DNA of 64,000 bases from the human T2T-CHM13v2.0 reference genome, Homo sapiens. Both the position numbers and the translations under genes were made by a program. Below the pieces are notes generated by a model. That model was not told where the DNA came from. It ran no database searches and was given only the letters and a program-made list of their open reading frames with translations. The stretch is taken from assembly GCF_009914755.1 (NCBI RefSeq), contig NC_060938.1, one strand, 5' to 3'. Shown in pieces: positions 17,104-29,200 of the stretch; the first letter of the stretch is position 1; every line of letters starts with the position of its first letter.

Positions 17104-17910
17104 AATAACTTGATTTTAAAATGGGCAAAGGACTTGAGTAGACACTTCTCTAAAGAAGATATACAGATAGCCAACAATATGTGAAAAGAGGCTAAACAAC
17201 ACTAATAATCAGGGAAATGCAAATCAGAACCACAATATCACCTCACACCTGCTAGGAGGGAAGGAATGAGTTCAAATTTGACCATATCCTGGTGATTAGA
17301 CTTGGTGGCTAATTAGATGTGGAGGGAGACAGAGGAGTTAAGGATGACTTGGAGGCTTCCAGTTTGGGGAATGAGATGGATGATGGTACTGTTAGTTAAG
17401 AGGGAACACAGGCAGAAGAGTGTGTTTATAGAAGAAGATGATAAATCTGGTTTTGAGCACCCTGCATTTAATGCAGTTACCTGGTTATGAACGTGGCCAC
17501 ATGTAGAAGGGAGACTTAAATAAGAATCTAAAAGATCCATGGTCCAGGGGGGTGACATTGCACAATGAAGGGAAATAGACTGAGGGGAAGGCAGGGTCCA
17601 ACACAGTGCAGTTTTGTTTTGTTTTGATTTTGAATAGAGTGGACTTTAAAGCATTTCAATAAGTTTTGTGGAAGGAGTCATTGGAGAGAATCAATGATGG
17701 GAGAGTGGGAGGGGAGAACTGATAGGATGGAGTCCTGGAGAGGGGCTAGCTGCAGGGCTGGATGGAGCCGGTATCTTGGGGCAGGAGGAAGAACAGAAAC
17801 TTATCTGAGATATGGTAGAGGGCTGCCATCAATCTCTCTATCCCTTAAAAGGCTCAAAATCCCCAGAGATTTTTTTCAATTTGGTAAATTCATATTCCTG
17901 AGAGTCCTGA

Positions 17911-18231
<321 letters not shown>

Positions 18232-18289
18232 AAAATTTCTACTTTTAAAGTTTGAGTACCAGTATCCATTTCCTTTTGGAGAGGTGACA

Positions 18290-18990
<701 letters not shown>

Positions 18991-19561
18991 TAGCTCTGAA
19001 AAACTGCAGAATAATAGCGTGTTTTTTGCTGATGAGGATTGTACAGGTATTTTCAACCTCCCATTTTACAGAGCAGATTTGACATCAGTCTCCCTATCCC
19101 CAGTTTATAAGGAACAAGACATAGGCCTGGGAAGAGCTGCTGGAATCCATGGCCAGCACGAGCTTTGTCCACACCCAGCTCTGAGACTTCCTAAACTTTC
19201 CTCCCTTGTCCTTCTCCTGCCCCTCACCTCTCTTTGCCTGCTTTAAATCCCATCCAGAAGGAAAGACTAGGGAGATCTAACTATTCCCCATGGGGTCTAT
19301 CTGATAACTGGGAAATCTCCCAGCAGTCATTAGGTTCTAAGATCTTTCTCTTACTCAGCCAGAGGAAAAGACTCAAACCATGACAGATATGCGCTGAGCC
19401 CTGGAAATGTCCCACGGGGTGCATCCAGCCAGTGCAAACCCATCTCTCTTTGTGCATTCCCTTCCAGCTACGTTCTTGGTGGAAATCCTATTGCTTTAGT
19501 TCACTAACACAATGAGGAAGTGTCACTGTGTACCCCCCACTTGGGTGGGGGGCCATAGCAG

Positions 19562-19810
19562 AAAGGCTATGAGCACGGGCTTTCATGCCAGGCAGAGGTT
19601 GGTCCTAACTCTACCATCTACCCACTGTCCGAAGTGGGCAAGTCACTCGCCCACTTGGCTTACCAGTTTCCCAGCTGATGAACTGGAGAAAATAATTACT
19701 GACCATCAGGGTAGTTGTAAGGTTTAAATAAGGCGATGTAGATCAGGTGCTTTCCACAGAACTTAGCACACAACAGTGCTCAATGAATGACAGCAGTTGT
19801 TCCATTATTA
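19562..19810 (+). mobile_element. MIR
   Basis: GGGCAAGTCACT...AGGGTAGTTGTAAGGTTTAAATAAG...GTGCTCAATGAATG. Confidence 0.75.
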
Positions 19811-21034
19811 CTGCCTTTTTGTAGCTTGAGACAAACACAGGTGAGAAGACAGCACACTACTCAAGGTGATGTGAGATGTGACATACACTCAGATGAGACG
19901 TGTTGGTGGTGGTGGGAGGAGATTTGAGGTGACGGCTGCTGTGGACAGGGAGTGGACAGGTGAGATGTCACACTTAAGCTGGGCCCTGAAGAATGAATAG
20001 AAATTAAATAAGACAGAAGGGAGGCAGTGGAGCCAGGAACACACCTAGCTGGGACAGCGTGTTTATGGGATGCCATGCAGTCTGGCTGGGCAGCAGGGCG
20101 GGTCTCCTGGAGTAAGGAAGTGGTGGAAATGGGGAGAGGGAGTCTGGGCCTGGGGGCCTTTGATTTGTCGACTTAGGTCTCCTGTTATTCCATGAGTCCC
20201 TGTTCTGGCAGCTCCCCTTCCTCTAAGAAGAATACACCATCCCCTAGGGGATTGTAGGCATGTGCCAAACTGCTGGGCATGGAGAGTTCCCCAGCAAATG
20301 GGTTCCTGGTCAAAAGGCATTCTGCTTCCACCAGGTAGTGGGTATTTACTTCAGCGTGAGCACCTGCTTTTGGGGAACCCTTTGGGGACATCAATCTGCC
20401 CTTTCTGCCTCCTCTTCCCATGCAAGATGTCACCAGCATCAAACTGTGTGACCTCCACCTGACACACCTGTAGAATGCCCTCTGGAAATGGTGCGCCCAG
20501 CAGTGTCCCCAGAGCTTCCTCGTCCTTGAGTTTAAAGCCAGCGTGCCCACAATGCTGCTTCCTGGTCTCCTGTGTCCTGGCGAGAGATGATTAATGGCCT
20601 AGCCACACCGGTGTGTTGTATTTAGGTCTCTCCCCAAGCAGATAGATTTTTCTTTCCAGATAAAGTGGAGGCAGGCCCTTCCTGGACTGCAGGTCCTTGC
20701 CCACCCCTCCTGGCTGGCGGTCTATGTTAGGGAATTCGGAAAAGTAAATGAATTGATAAGACAGTGTGGGAGGGGGATGACTGCACTTTCAGTGGCCCTT
20801 GTAAACAATGTAAAGTCACCTTGATGTGCCGGGACTAATGATGCTGGAGTGAGCCAAATGGAGCCCGGTGGCACTGAGCCAGTGGAGGTGCACACATCCC
20901 TGCGGCCGGAGAGGAGCCGTCAAGGGCCCACCTCCCTCTGCCTGTGTCTTTTCTGTGTGGTGACACACAGCTCTGTCTCATTCCAGGGGCCAGACCTCCT
21001 GAACTTTCAGTTGCTTCCTCTGTACAAGGGGATC

Positions 21035-21489
21035 TTCTAGGTTGAGCTGTGTCTCCCACAATGATGTTTAAGTCCTGGCTCCCAGTTCCTGTGAAGGTGA
21101 CCTTTGGAAATAAGGTCTTTGCAGATGATCAAGTTAAGATGAAGTCACTAGGGTGGGCCCTCCTCCAATGACTGGTGTCCTTATAAAAAGGGGAAATTTG
21201 GACACAGAGGCAGAAACACACACAGGGCTAAGGTACTGTGAAGCTGAAGGCAGAAATTGGGATGATGGTGCATCTACAAGCCAAGGAACCCCAAAGACTG
21301 CCAGCCAACCACCAGAAGCTAAGAGCGAGACCTGGAACAGATTCTCCCTCACAGCCCTCAGAAGGAACCAACCCTGCTGACACCTTAATCCCAGACTTCC
21401 AGCCTCCAGAACTACGAGCCAATACATTTCTGTTGTTTTAGGCCCCCCAGTTTTGGCGACTTTATTCTGCAGCCCTTGCAGACTAATAC
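21035..21489 (+). mobile_element. MLT1B/C solo LTR
   Basis: TTTGGAAATAAGGTCTTTGCAGATG, CTACAAGCCAAGGAAC, GAAGGAACCAACCCTGCTGACACCTT, GACTTCCAGCCTCCAGAACT; ends GACTAATAC. Confidence 0.9.
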
Positions 21490-21749
21490 GAGAAGTAATA
21501 ATTCTCCCTGTGGGGGTGTGCCGAGGATGTGACAAGAAAATCCGGGCGAAGCAGCTAGTACGTAACACGTGTTCACAAATGGTCATTGACTTCTTAGGCT
21601 GGGAGGCTCACCCCCAGACCTAGGGGTTAAGAACTGGGCTGGATGTAGGCGAAGGGGCTGGCAGACCACGCAAAACAAAAAGTACTGCAAGGTCAGCCTC
21701 CTTGTTTCTACAGAATAGACACACGGTAAAGAGTTTAGGAAGGGACCGC

Positions 21750-22580
21750 TTATTGTGTGATGTTGTTTATATGAAATATACAGAATAGGCAAATCCATAG
21801 AGGCAGAAAGCAGATATGTGGTTGCTGGAAGCTAGGGTTTCCAAAATGCATATGTTAAGGAGAAATAAATGCCTTTTGTTTAAGCCACCAAGTCTGAGGT
21901 CTTTTGCTATGGCAGCCCTAGCAGACTAATGGGGGAATGGAAGGTGCCTGCTTAATGTGTACGGGGATCTCTTTGGGAGTGATGAAATGTTCCGGAACTA
22001 AACAGTGGTGATAGTTTGCACAGTGTGCAGCATTGTGAGTGTGCTTAACGCCACTCAACTGCATACTTTAAAATGGTGAATTTGCTCATATGCAGAATCT
22101 AAAAAAGCTGACCTTTTAGAAGTAGAGAGTAAAATAGTGGTTACCAGAGGCTGGGGAAAGGAGTGGGAAGGGTGGATGGGGAGCAACTGGTTAGTGGTAC
22201 AGTGTCTCAGTTAAATAAGCGAAATAAGTTCTGGTGTGCTATTGCACAGAAAGATGGTTACAGCTAACAATATTGGATGGTATATTTCAAAATAGCTAGA
22301 AGAAAGGATCTTGAATGTTCTCACCACGAAGAAACAATGAATGTTCAAGATTATAGAAATGCTAAATACTCTGATTTGATTATTATATGTTGTATGTATG
22401 TACAGTTATTATGTGTCAATTAAATTTTTTTTCCAGTGGGCTTTAGTATATTTACTATGTTATGCGAGCATTCCAGCTATCTAATTCCATAAAATTTCCA
22501 GAACAATTCAGAGCCTATCAGTGCAATAAAAAAAATTAATAGTGAATTTTATGTCATATGAATTTACAGTATTAAGAAAA
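21750..22580 (+). mobile_element. Nested L1M 3'-UTR fragments with a short MLT piece (~21860-21930)
   Basis: CAGAATAGGCAAATCCATAGAGGCAGAAAGCAGA and AGTAGAGAGTAAAATAGTGGTTACCAGAGGCTGGGG. Confidence 0.8.
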
Positions 22581-22584
22581 AGAC

Positions 22585-22718
22585 AGCTGGCATGGTGGCA
22601 TGTGCCTGTAGTCCCAGCTACTTGGGAGGCTGAGGCAGGAAGATCACTGGAGCCCAGGAGCTTGAGACTAGCCTGGGCAACATAGCGAGATCCCATCTGT
22701 AAAAGAAAAAAGGAAAAA
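22585..22718 (+). mobile_element. FLAM (Alu monomer)
   Basis: ~130-bp single arm ending GCAACATAGCGAGATCCCATCTGTAAAAG. Confidence 0.85.
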
Positions 22719-22833
22719 GTATATATTGCACACTAAAAAATTTTGAAAAGGAGGGATTAGGAAGGAAAACTCAAGAAATTCTAGAAAAGTTGGAATCACC
22801 TTTGAAGGAGGAGGCAGAACTCATAATCTCATT

Positions 22834-23095
22834 GAATAACTGGGGTTGCTGAGATATTTGGATTTTTTCAAAAATGTCATGTTCTGGTCAACTGCTGAGT
22901 GGTAGTAGCCTCAGGGTGGAACATATAACTGTTCTGGGACACCAGAATACACCAGGTGGGCAGAGCATCTCTGGAATAATTGAAGTTGCAGTGATATTTG
23001 GATCATTTTTTTTAAATGCCATGTTCTGGCCAACTGCTGAGTGGCAGCCTAAAGGTGGAATATTCAACTGTGCCGGGACACCAGGGCATCTCTGG
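22834..23095. repeat. Diverged two-copy tandem duplication (period ~140 bp)
   Basis: GAATAA...GTTGC...GATATTTGGAT...CATGTTCTGG.CAACTGCTGAGTGG...GGGACACCAG...GCATCTCTGG occurs at both 22834 and 22974. Confidence 0.9.
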
Positions 23096-23410
23096 GGAAA
23101 AGGAATGGAGCAGGGTAGGGAGGAGTGAGTGTATTATGAACCTGGCCCTTTGTGATAGGTGCAGCAACCGGGACAGATTTGGAATCCTCTGGGTCTTCCT
23201 GTTCTTCTCTACACCTGCTTTTGGGCTGGCACACTAAAACTCCAAAAGTCCCCATGCGGTCTTCTCTTCCTGACCTCTGACCTCTGGCCAGCTCTGTGGC
23301 CAGAGCACGCCTTGCCGTGGGGTACTTGCCCTGCCAGTGCCGCTTCCCGTTTTTTGGGAAGAACCAAGGCAAGATCGAGTGATGTGGCTCAGGTAGGCAG
23401 GACACTGGAT

Positions 23411-23618
23411 GGGCCAGGCATTATTCTAAGCATCCTTTTGTGTTGAGTCATTTTGTCCTCATGACAATCCTATGAGATAGACACTTAGAATTCCCACATT
23501 GCAGATGAGGAAACTGAAGCACAGACATACTAAGGAATTTTTCTAGAGTTTCCCAATAACAAGCGGAAGAGGCAAGATTCCAACCCAGGGAGTTCCGATC
23601 CAGAGCCTGTGCTTAACA
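23411..23618 (-). mobile_element. MIR
   Basis: ACAATCCTATGAG...CAGATGAGGAAACTGAAGCACAGA. Confidence 0.85.
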
Positions 23619-25937
23619 GCCCCATCTGACAGGCTCAGAGGTGTGTGTCCGGATGTGCATCTGCTCCGAGTGGACTAGCAGGCCTGGCCCTTGAAGCTGG
23701 AGAGGTTTTATGATGAGAAAGTGAGGCCATGATGAGTCTCCTGCAAGCAAAAGCCTGGGGTCTCCTAAGATGATGACCTGCCATTCGAGAGAGCCCCTGT
23801 GAGCAGAGAGAAATGCCGCTGGTTATCAGCTGGTCCCAGCAGACCCCTGCTGCCCCCAGGCCAGCTTCAAGGGGGCAGACACCAAGGCTTGGTTCAGTTG
23901 GCAGAGTTGAGAACCAGACTGTGAGATGATACAGAGGTCGACCTTGAGATAAAAAGCCAAAACAAAGGTGCCACAGGGGCTTCCTAGGGAGAGGGGTGGC
24001 TGGGTTCAACCCAAACACTGACCCCTTCCTACAGACAGGGTGCTGTGCTAGGGGGCTGTGGAAGCCCTAGGAGGGGCTGCAGGATGTCTGCCAGAGATCA
24101 GCGAGGGCTTGGTAAGAGTTGGAGGAGAAAGAAAATCATGGAGGGAAGTCCTCAGTTTGCATCAGAAGAGAAAGGTTTTTCCCTGGGAAGGAGCCTGGTG
24201 GTGAATGTGCGTGTAAGTGGCTATAGCCCCAGTCATCAGAATGGGAGTCTCTCTAGAGCCCTGTCTCTGCAGGGTTATCTGCTTTTCCAGCAACTAAACT
24301 TGCAGGGAACCCTGTGTGTGGCCAGGCCTGAGTAGACAGGAGTGCCTGGTGGCTGACCACTGGCATCACTGGCCTGGTACTCAGAAGGGCAGTGGTTCTC
24401 AGATAAAACTGCGAGTGAAAATACAGCAGTTTGACTATATCTGCCTGAAGTCTCACTCCCAGTTCTGGGCCTTCCTAGGGACACTCTTATGATACAGACA
24501 TTTCTAGAGAGTATCTTACTTAGTCCAAAGGAGTGGCTCAAATGACAGTATCTTAAGTATCACTCTTTCATTCAATTAGTCAGTCAATCAATCCATACTC
24601 AGGAGGGTCTTGCTACAGATCAGGTATTATGGGGATGTGATGATGAATGAGACAAACACATAGTCTTTACCTTCTTGGAGCTCATATTGCAATGGCAGGC
24701 TACTGGTGGAAAGATTGGAGGCCCTACACGTTTAATAGGTTTTTGACTTCAACAGCTTAGATACCACCCCATCCTCATAGTTTCTGATAACCTGGAGAGT
24801 AAAGGATTAGATCTAACATGAAGAGGAGGTTCAACTTCATTTCTTTTAAAGATTGGGGATCAGGAAGTTTTAGGGATTATGAAGTACCTGTCCCTTATCC
24901 ATACCAGCAAGGGGTTCATCCTATGACCCCTCTTGAAGGGGAAACTCACCTGAAATTCTGCCTCATTTAGCATGCACAAGAAATCCAGAAAATCAAGACA
25001 GGTGACCCTGTGTAGTCAAAGCAAGTGGGTCTCCAGATGGCAGATGGGAAGCCCCCTGGGGTAATGCATGCTCACCTGGTTAATTGTTGAACAGCCCATA
25101 CTTGTGCCGTTTCACCATGATTCTTCCAACTTCCAGAAACAGCCCCTTGGCTCAGCTTTCAGAGCTGGACTGGCCTATCCCAGAGAGGCGGCCCCAACTT
25201 TGTAGAAACTGGGACAGGCAGTGCTTCTTAGAGACCCTCCGGTACCCCAAAGAGCGGGGCTTGTTCTCCAAAAAGGAAATCTTTTCAGACGACTTGATGT
25301 CCTAAATCTTTCTGGAGAAAGCAGAGACATTAACACCCCCAGGGCCTTTCAACTTCAGGCCGTTCTTCTGTTGGGAACGCCATCTCTTGGCCTCTTCAAA
25401 GACCTGGCCTCACCAGGCAACTGCACTTCCTCTCTCACCCTCCAGGAGCCTTCTGCATGGCCCCCAAGAAGCCTGCCTGGCCCCTGAGCTGGGAAAGCTG
25501 AATTCCCTCCCTGCCTCCTAATTTGGCAGGAGGAATGGAAACTTTCGTGGAAAGCACTTGAGCTGACGAATGCTCCCAAGTCAGGACTTTGACTCGGGCC
25601 CTGACAGGGCCACGGGCTCAGGATCCGGAGGGGGGCGGCTCTCCTTCTCCAGGTCAGGACCTCCTGCCCTGGCTCCTCCCCTTGCTTTCTGCCGACCATC
25701 AGTCACCAGCTCCCCTGTGACCCCAAGTGACGGCCGCACACCACTAGAGAAGTCATTGTCTTACACATCCCCCCTTTTCACTTGCCCTCCCCCAGTTCCT
25801 CCTCCCCTTCATGGTGTATTTTTCTTCCACACTTTCCTGCGTCCATCAGTGGCTGTGGAGTCTGCATGGGGCTGGGTGGAGTTGGAAGTCTAGAGCTTTT
25901 TGCTGTTTTGTTTAAGACCTGGTTATGGTTGTGAGAC

Positions 25938-26029
25938 TTTTTTTTTTTTTTTTTTTTTTTTGTCAGCTGCCTGTTATATCAATCACGGAGTCGGGATCTA
26001 TTTATAGGTTGGGAGTACTGTGTCCTTAG
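25938..26029 (+). promoter_or_regulatory. Core promoter: poly-T, E-box, PBX site, MEF2/TATA-like box
   Basis: T24 at 25938-25961; CAGCTG 25964-25969; ATCAATCA 25978-25985; CTATTTATAG 25998-26007; lies in repeat-free DNA ~160 bp upstream of a consensus splice donor. Confidence 0.65.
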
Positions 26030-26167
26030 TCACAAAGAGACACAGACAGGGGACTGTCAGCTGGTACCGGAGGAGCGGAGCAACGAGTTATCAGCAACTG
26101 AAAGCACCTGAGGGGCCGCACATTCCACCCCAGCCCAGTCCTCGTCCTCCACGCCAGCCCCAAGCAT
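26030..26167 (+). other. ESRRB: Probable first exon (5' UTR plus the 'AT' of a split start codon); likely the upstream alternative first exon of ESRRB
   Basis: ATG-free GC-rich segment ending CCAAGCAT|GTGAGT (donor GT at 26168), A at -3. As I recall, the ESRRB first common coding exon starts GCTGCTGAACAGGATGTCC, so AT|G gives MLLNRMSSDD. Gene identity is from memory; the TSS (start coordinate) is estimated ~30 bp after the TATA-like box. Confidence 0.6.
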
Positions 26168-26225
26168 GTGAGTAACCCAACTTCTCCCTTTCTCCTCCCC
26201 AGACTCTGCGGGTCCTTTTCTGTCC

Positions 26226-26229
<4 letters not shown>

Positions 26230-26269
<40 letters not shown>
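26230..26269. repeat. (TC)20 microsatellite
   Basis: Direct read, ~60 bp into the intron. Confidence 0.97.
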
Positions 26270-26272
<3 letters not shown>

Positions 26273-29200
26273 GGATAAAAATATCTCCCCATGCCTGTTC
26301 TTTCATCCTGGTTTTCCGCACTCTAAAGCATCCCTGTGTGGCCGAGAGGAAAACGTTGCCTTTCTTAGACTGTCACAGGAAGGTCAGAGGGTCTCTGGAT
26401 GGCTAGGTGGGACGGTGACACAAACTCATTTGGAAGCAGTGAGTTCCCTTTGATTTTTGTTTGTTTTCACTGAGAAAAAAGTAAGTACATCAGAAGGGCA
26501 AGGGAAAGTTTACATGCAGCTCAGCAGGGTAGCGATGTCGCCCAGCGTGAAAACTTTTATTTGCTGGCAGCTCCGGTGTAGGGCAAGCTGGGGAAGGTTA
26601 CCCAAGAAGACCCAGTGCCCACAGGACAGGTAATGATGGGAGCTCCTGGAAGTTTTGGTTTCAACCTGGGAGCTTCCAGGTTCAGGGAGACTCCCCACAG
26701 TCCCGATGACCAGTTTTCTATAGCACCTTAAAGTAAATGACTTTCCCTCTCCCCTCCGCGGAGCAAGTTTGCTTTGAGAAGTCACGATGAGAGCTGAGGA
26801 TTTGTCCTGCCTTACAGGCTGTCATTGGCTCCCTCATTTGGTGTATTTTCTTAATCCTGAAAGGGAACTTGGCTGGGGACTGGGAGGAAGAGTCCCAGGC
26901 CAAAGCCAGGTGTGGAGGGAGGGCTGTTGACTGCTTTGCTCTGCATCCTTCGCAAAGGAAGAAACTTAATATCGTGAGGCTTGTCAAAGCTGTGCTTGTT
27001 TCAGACAATTCGAATAGTGTGCCGGCTCTGAGTGCACCTCGGGCGGCTCTAGATGGGGCCTCCCCGGCCACAGTCCTGTGTCCACGGGGCTTACCTGCCA
27101 CGAGCTTCCCGTGCAACGTTTGGGACTTTAGTTTCTGGATATTGAATAGTATTCACCCGAAATCCTGTACTTGGGAAGATTTGCTTTATAGAATTTACAA
27201 AGGAAAAGTAGCCCTACATTTTGAAAAAAAAAAAAAAAAAAGTAATGATGCCTAATTTATACTTAAGTACAACTTTTTAAATGTACCTTTTTTTTTTTTT
27301 AACCATGAGTTTCTATTTATCCAATGGATACCATATGCTATATGACTGAGGACTCCTTGATTTGTTTGGGAGAACAATATCCTACAAAGAAACAATCTTT
27401 CCAACAATTTAAAAGCATTAAACAAAGCAGATATGCCTGTATTATTTTTGATTGATTACAAACAAAAATAGTTTTACCAGCATGAAACCAGTTAGTTTCA
27501 TCTAACTCGATGAAAGTTAAATAAATATGGATATACACACGTATGTTTAGAGAAGCAATTTGATATCATTTTTATTTTGACTGTTCTGAAACTTTAACTT
27601 TCCTTTTTCTGGTTCCATGTTTTCAGCTGTATTTTGTTTAGGGTTATTAATATCTTTAATCCATTCATTCATTATTTTGGACGGGAGAGTGGGGATCAGG
27701 AAGCAATGAGAAATTAGAAGGCAAACGTCCCATGTTCAGCCAGTAAGACCGCATTCAGTAGTGGAGAAATTCAGAACAAGGAGTATGGCGTACAAGGGGG
27801 TAAATGTCACTATTTAAGATCTAGTATAGACGGTGAAGTCTAAGAACTCCAGAGGGGGACAAACGCCAACTAGGAGTTAAAGTGTCTTATACATATAGCA
27901 TTATTATTCTTCCTATTATGAGGGCCTCTATTTTGGTAAATATGTCCTGCTAAGGTTTTTTCACCATAATGCTGAAGTGGGATTTGGTGGATTATTGTTA
28001 ATTAAAGCTCAAGTGAATGAAGTGATTGAGACATTGCATTCAGAAATCAGAGAAGATTGCTATTGGCAAAGCTGAACTTCTAGGACTTTCAGATCTCAAT
28101 GGCTTTTGAGAAAAAATGTGGCTTTTAAAAATGCCTTTTAGTACAAGAACAAATTCTACCTCCCCTCCCCAACCTGCACACTGGAGCCTGCCTGGCCCAC
28201 TGTGCAGGCCCAGTGTGTCAGGATTAAATGCAGTGGGAGAGAGTCCCGCATTCCTGAACAAGTCCTGTGTTCTCAGAGCCTTAATGGTCAGACAGAAGAA
28301 TATTTTGTTGGGACATTTAGCTAAAAACTGCCTCTTCCCTGGGCTACGTGTAGATCCTTTCAGGTGAGATAGGGGCTTGTCTGACCGTGTGATAGAGGGC
28401 CTGGCTTTCATCCTCAAGTTCAGGGTGTGGTTTGGCCCATCGGGCTTAGTTATAGAGATGCAGTTCAGGGAAACTTCAGTGTATTTGCATGAGACAGCCT
28501 CTGATTACTTAGTTTCTGCTTCAATAACTATTAATTTTATGTGGTTTGAGCTCCCATCAAACTCATTTTTTTTTTTCAAACTGATTTCTTAAATGCAATT
28601 GGTCACGGGGCTGTCTGTGACTTCATGTCTGCAAAATCTAACCATTCCATCCTTGTCATTGTTTATTTCTCTGAATGTAAATGAGCAGTTTCCTGTGTGC
28701 ATGCACTGTTGTTTTATGGGTTCCCCCCACCGCCCTCGAACACATAGGAATCCAGTCCTGACCTCCTCCCAAATTGGGGACAGTGGGGGCAATGAGCAGG
28801 TGCTTTGGAATGCAGCAGGCTCAGGTGCAGGAAGAGGGAATCACAAATACCTGGAAAGTGCTCCCCTAATTCAAACGATTTTACATAGTTGAGGCCTCTC
28901 CAAATACCCCATCAATTAAAATGGCAGCTGGCAGGATTTTAAAACCAAAGACCACGAGCAGCTTTTTCCCTATCACTTCACTTCTACAGTATATCTGTCC
29001 ATCTTTTTCTTATCTCTATTTTTACATTTCATTATCCTCCCACTCTTTCTGTCCCTCCTGCTTTCCCTCCCCCTTTTCGCCTTTCTTGAAAACACATTTC
29101 TATCTGGCACAGAAAATAAACTCAGATTGTGGGTAGTTATGTTAATCTAATTCAATCCTCAGCGGGTTAAGAGTGAAATTCTAATAGTGGAGCGGTGGAG

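Noticed and set aside
27215-27300. A18 and T13 runs with an imperfect inverted repeat
   Set aside because: Low complexity; no TSD or retrocopy body.
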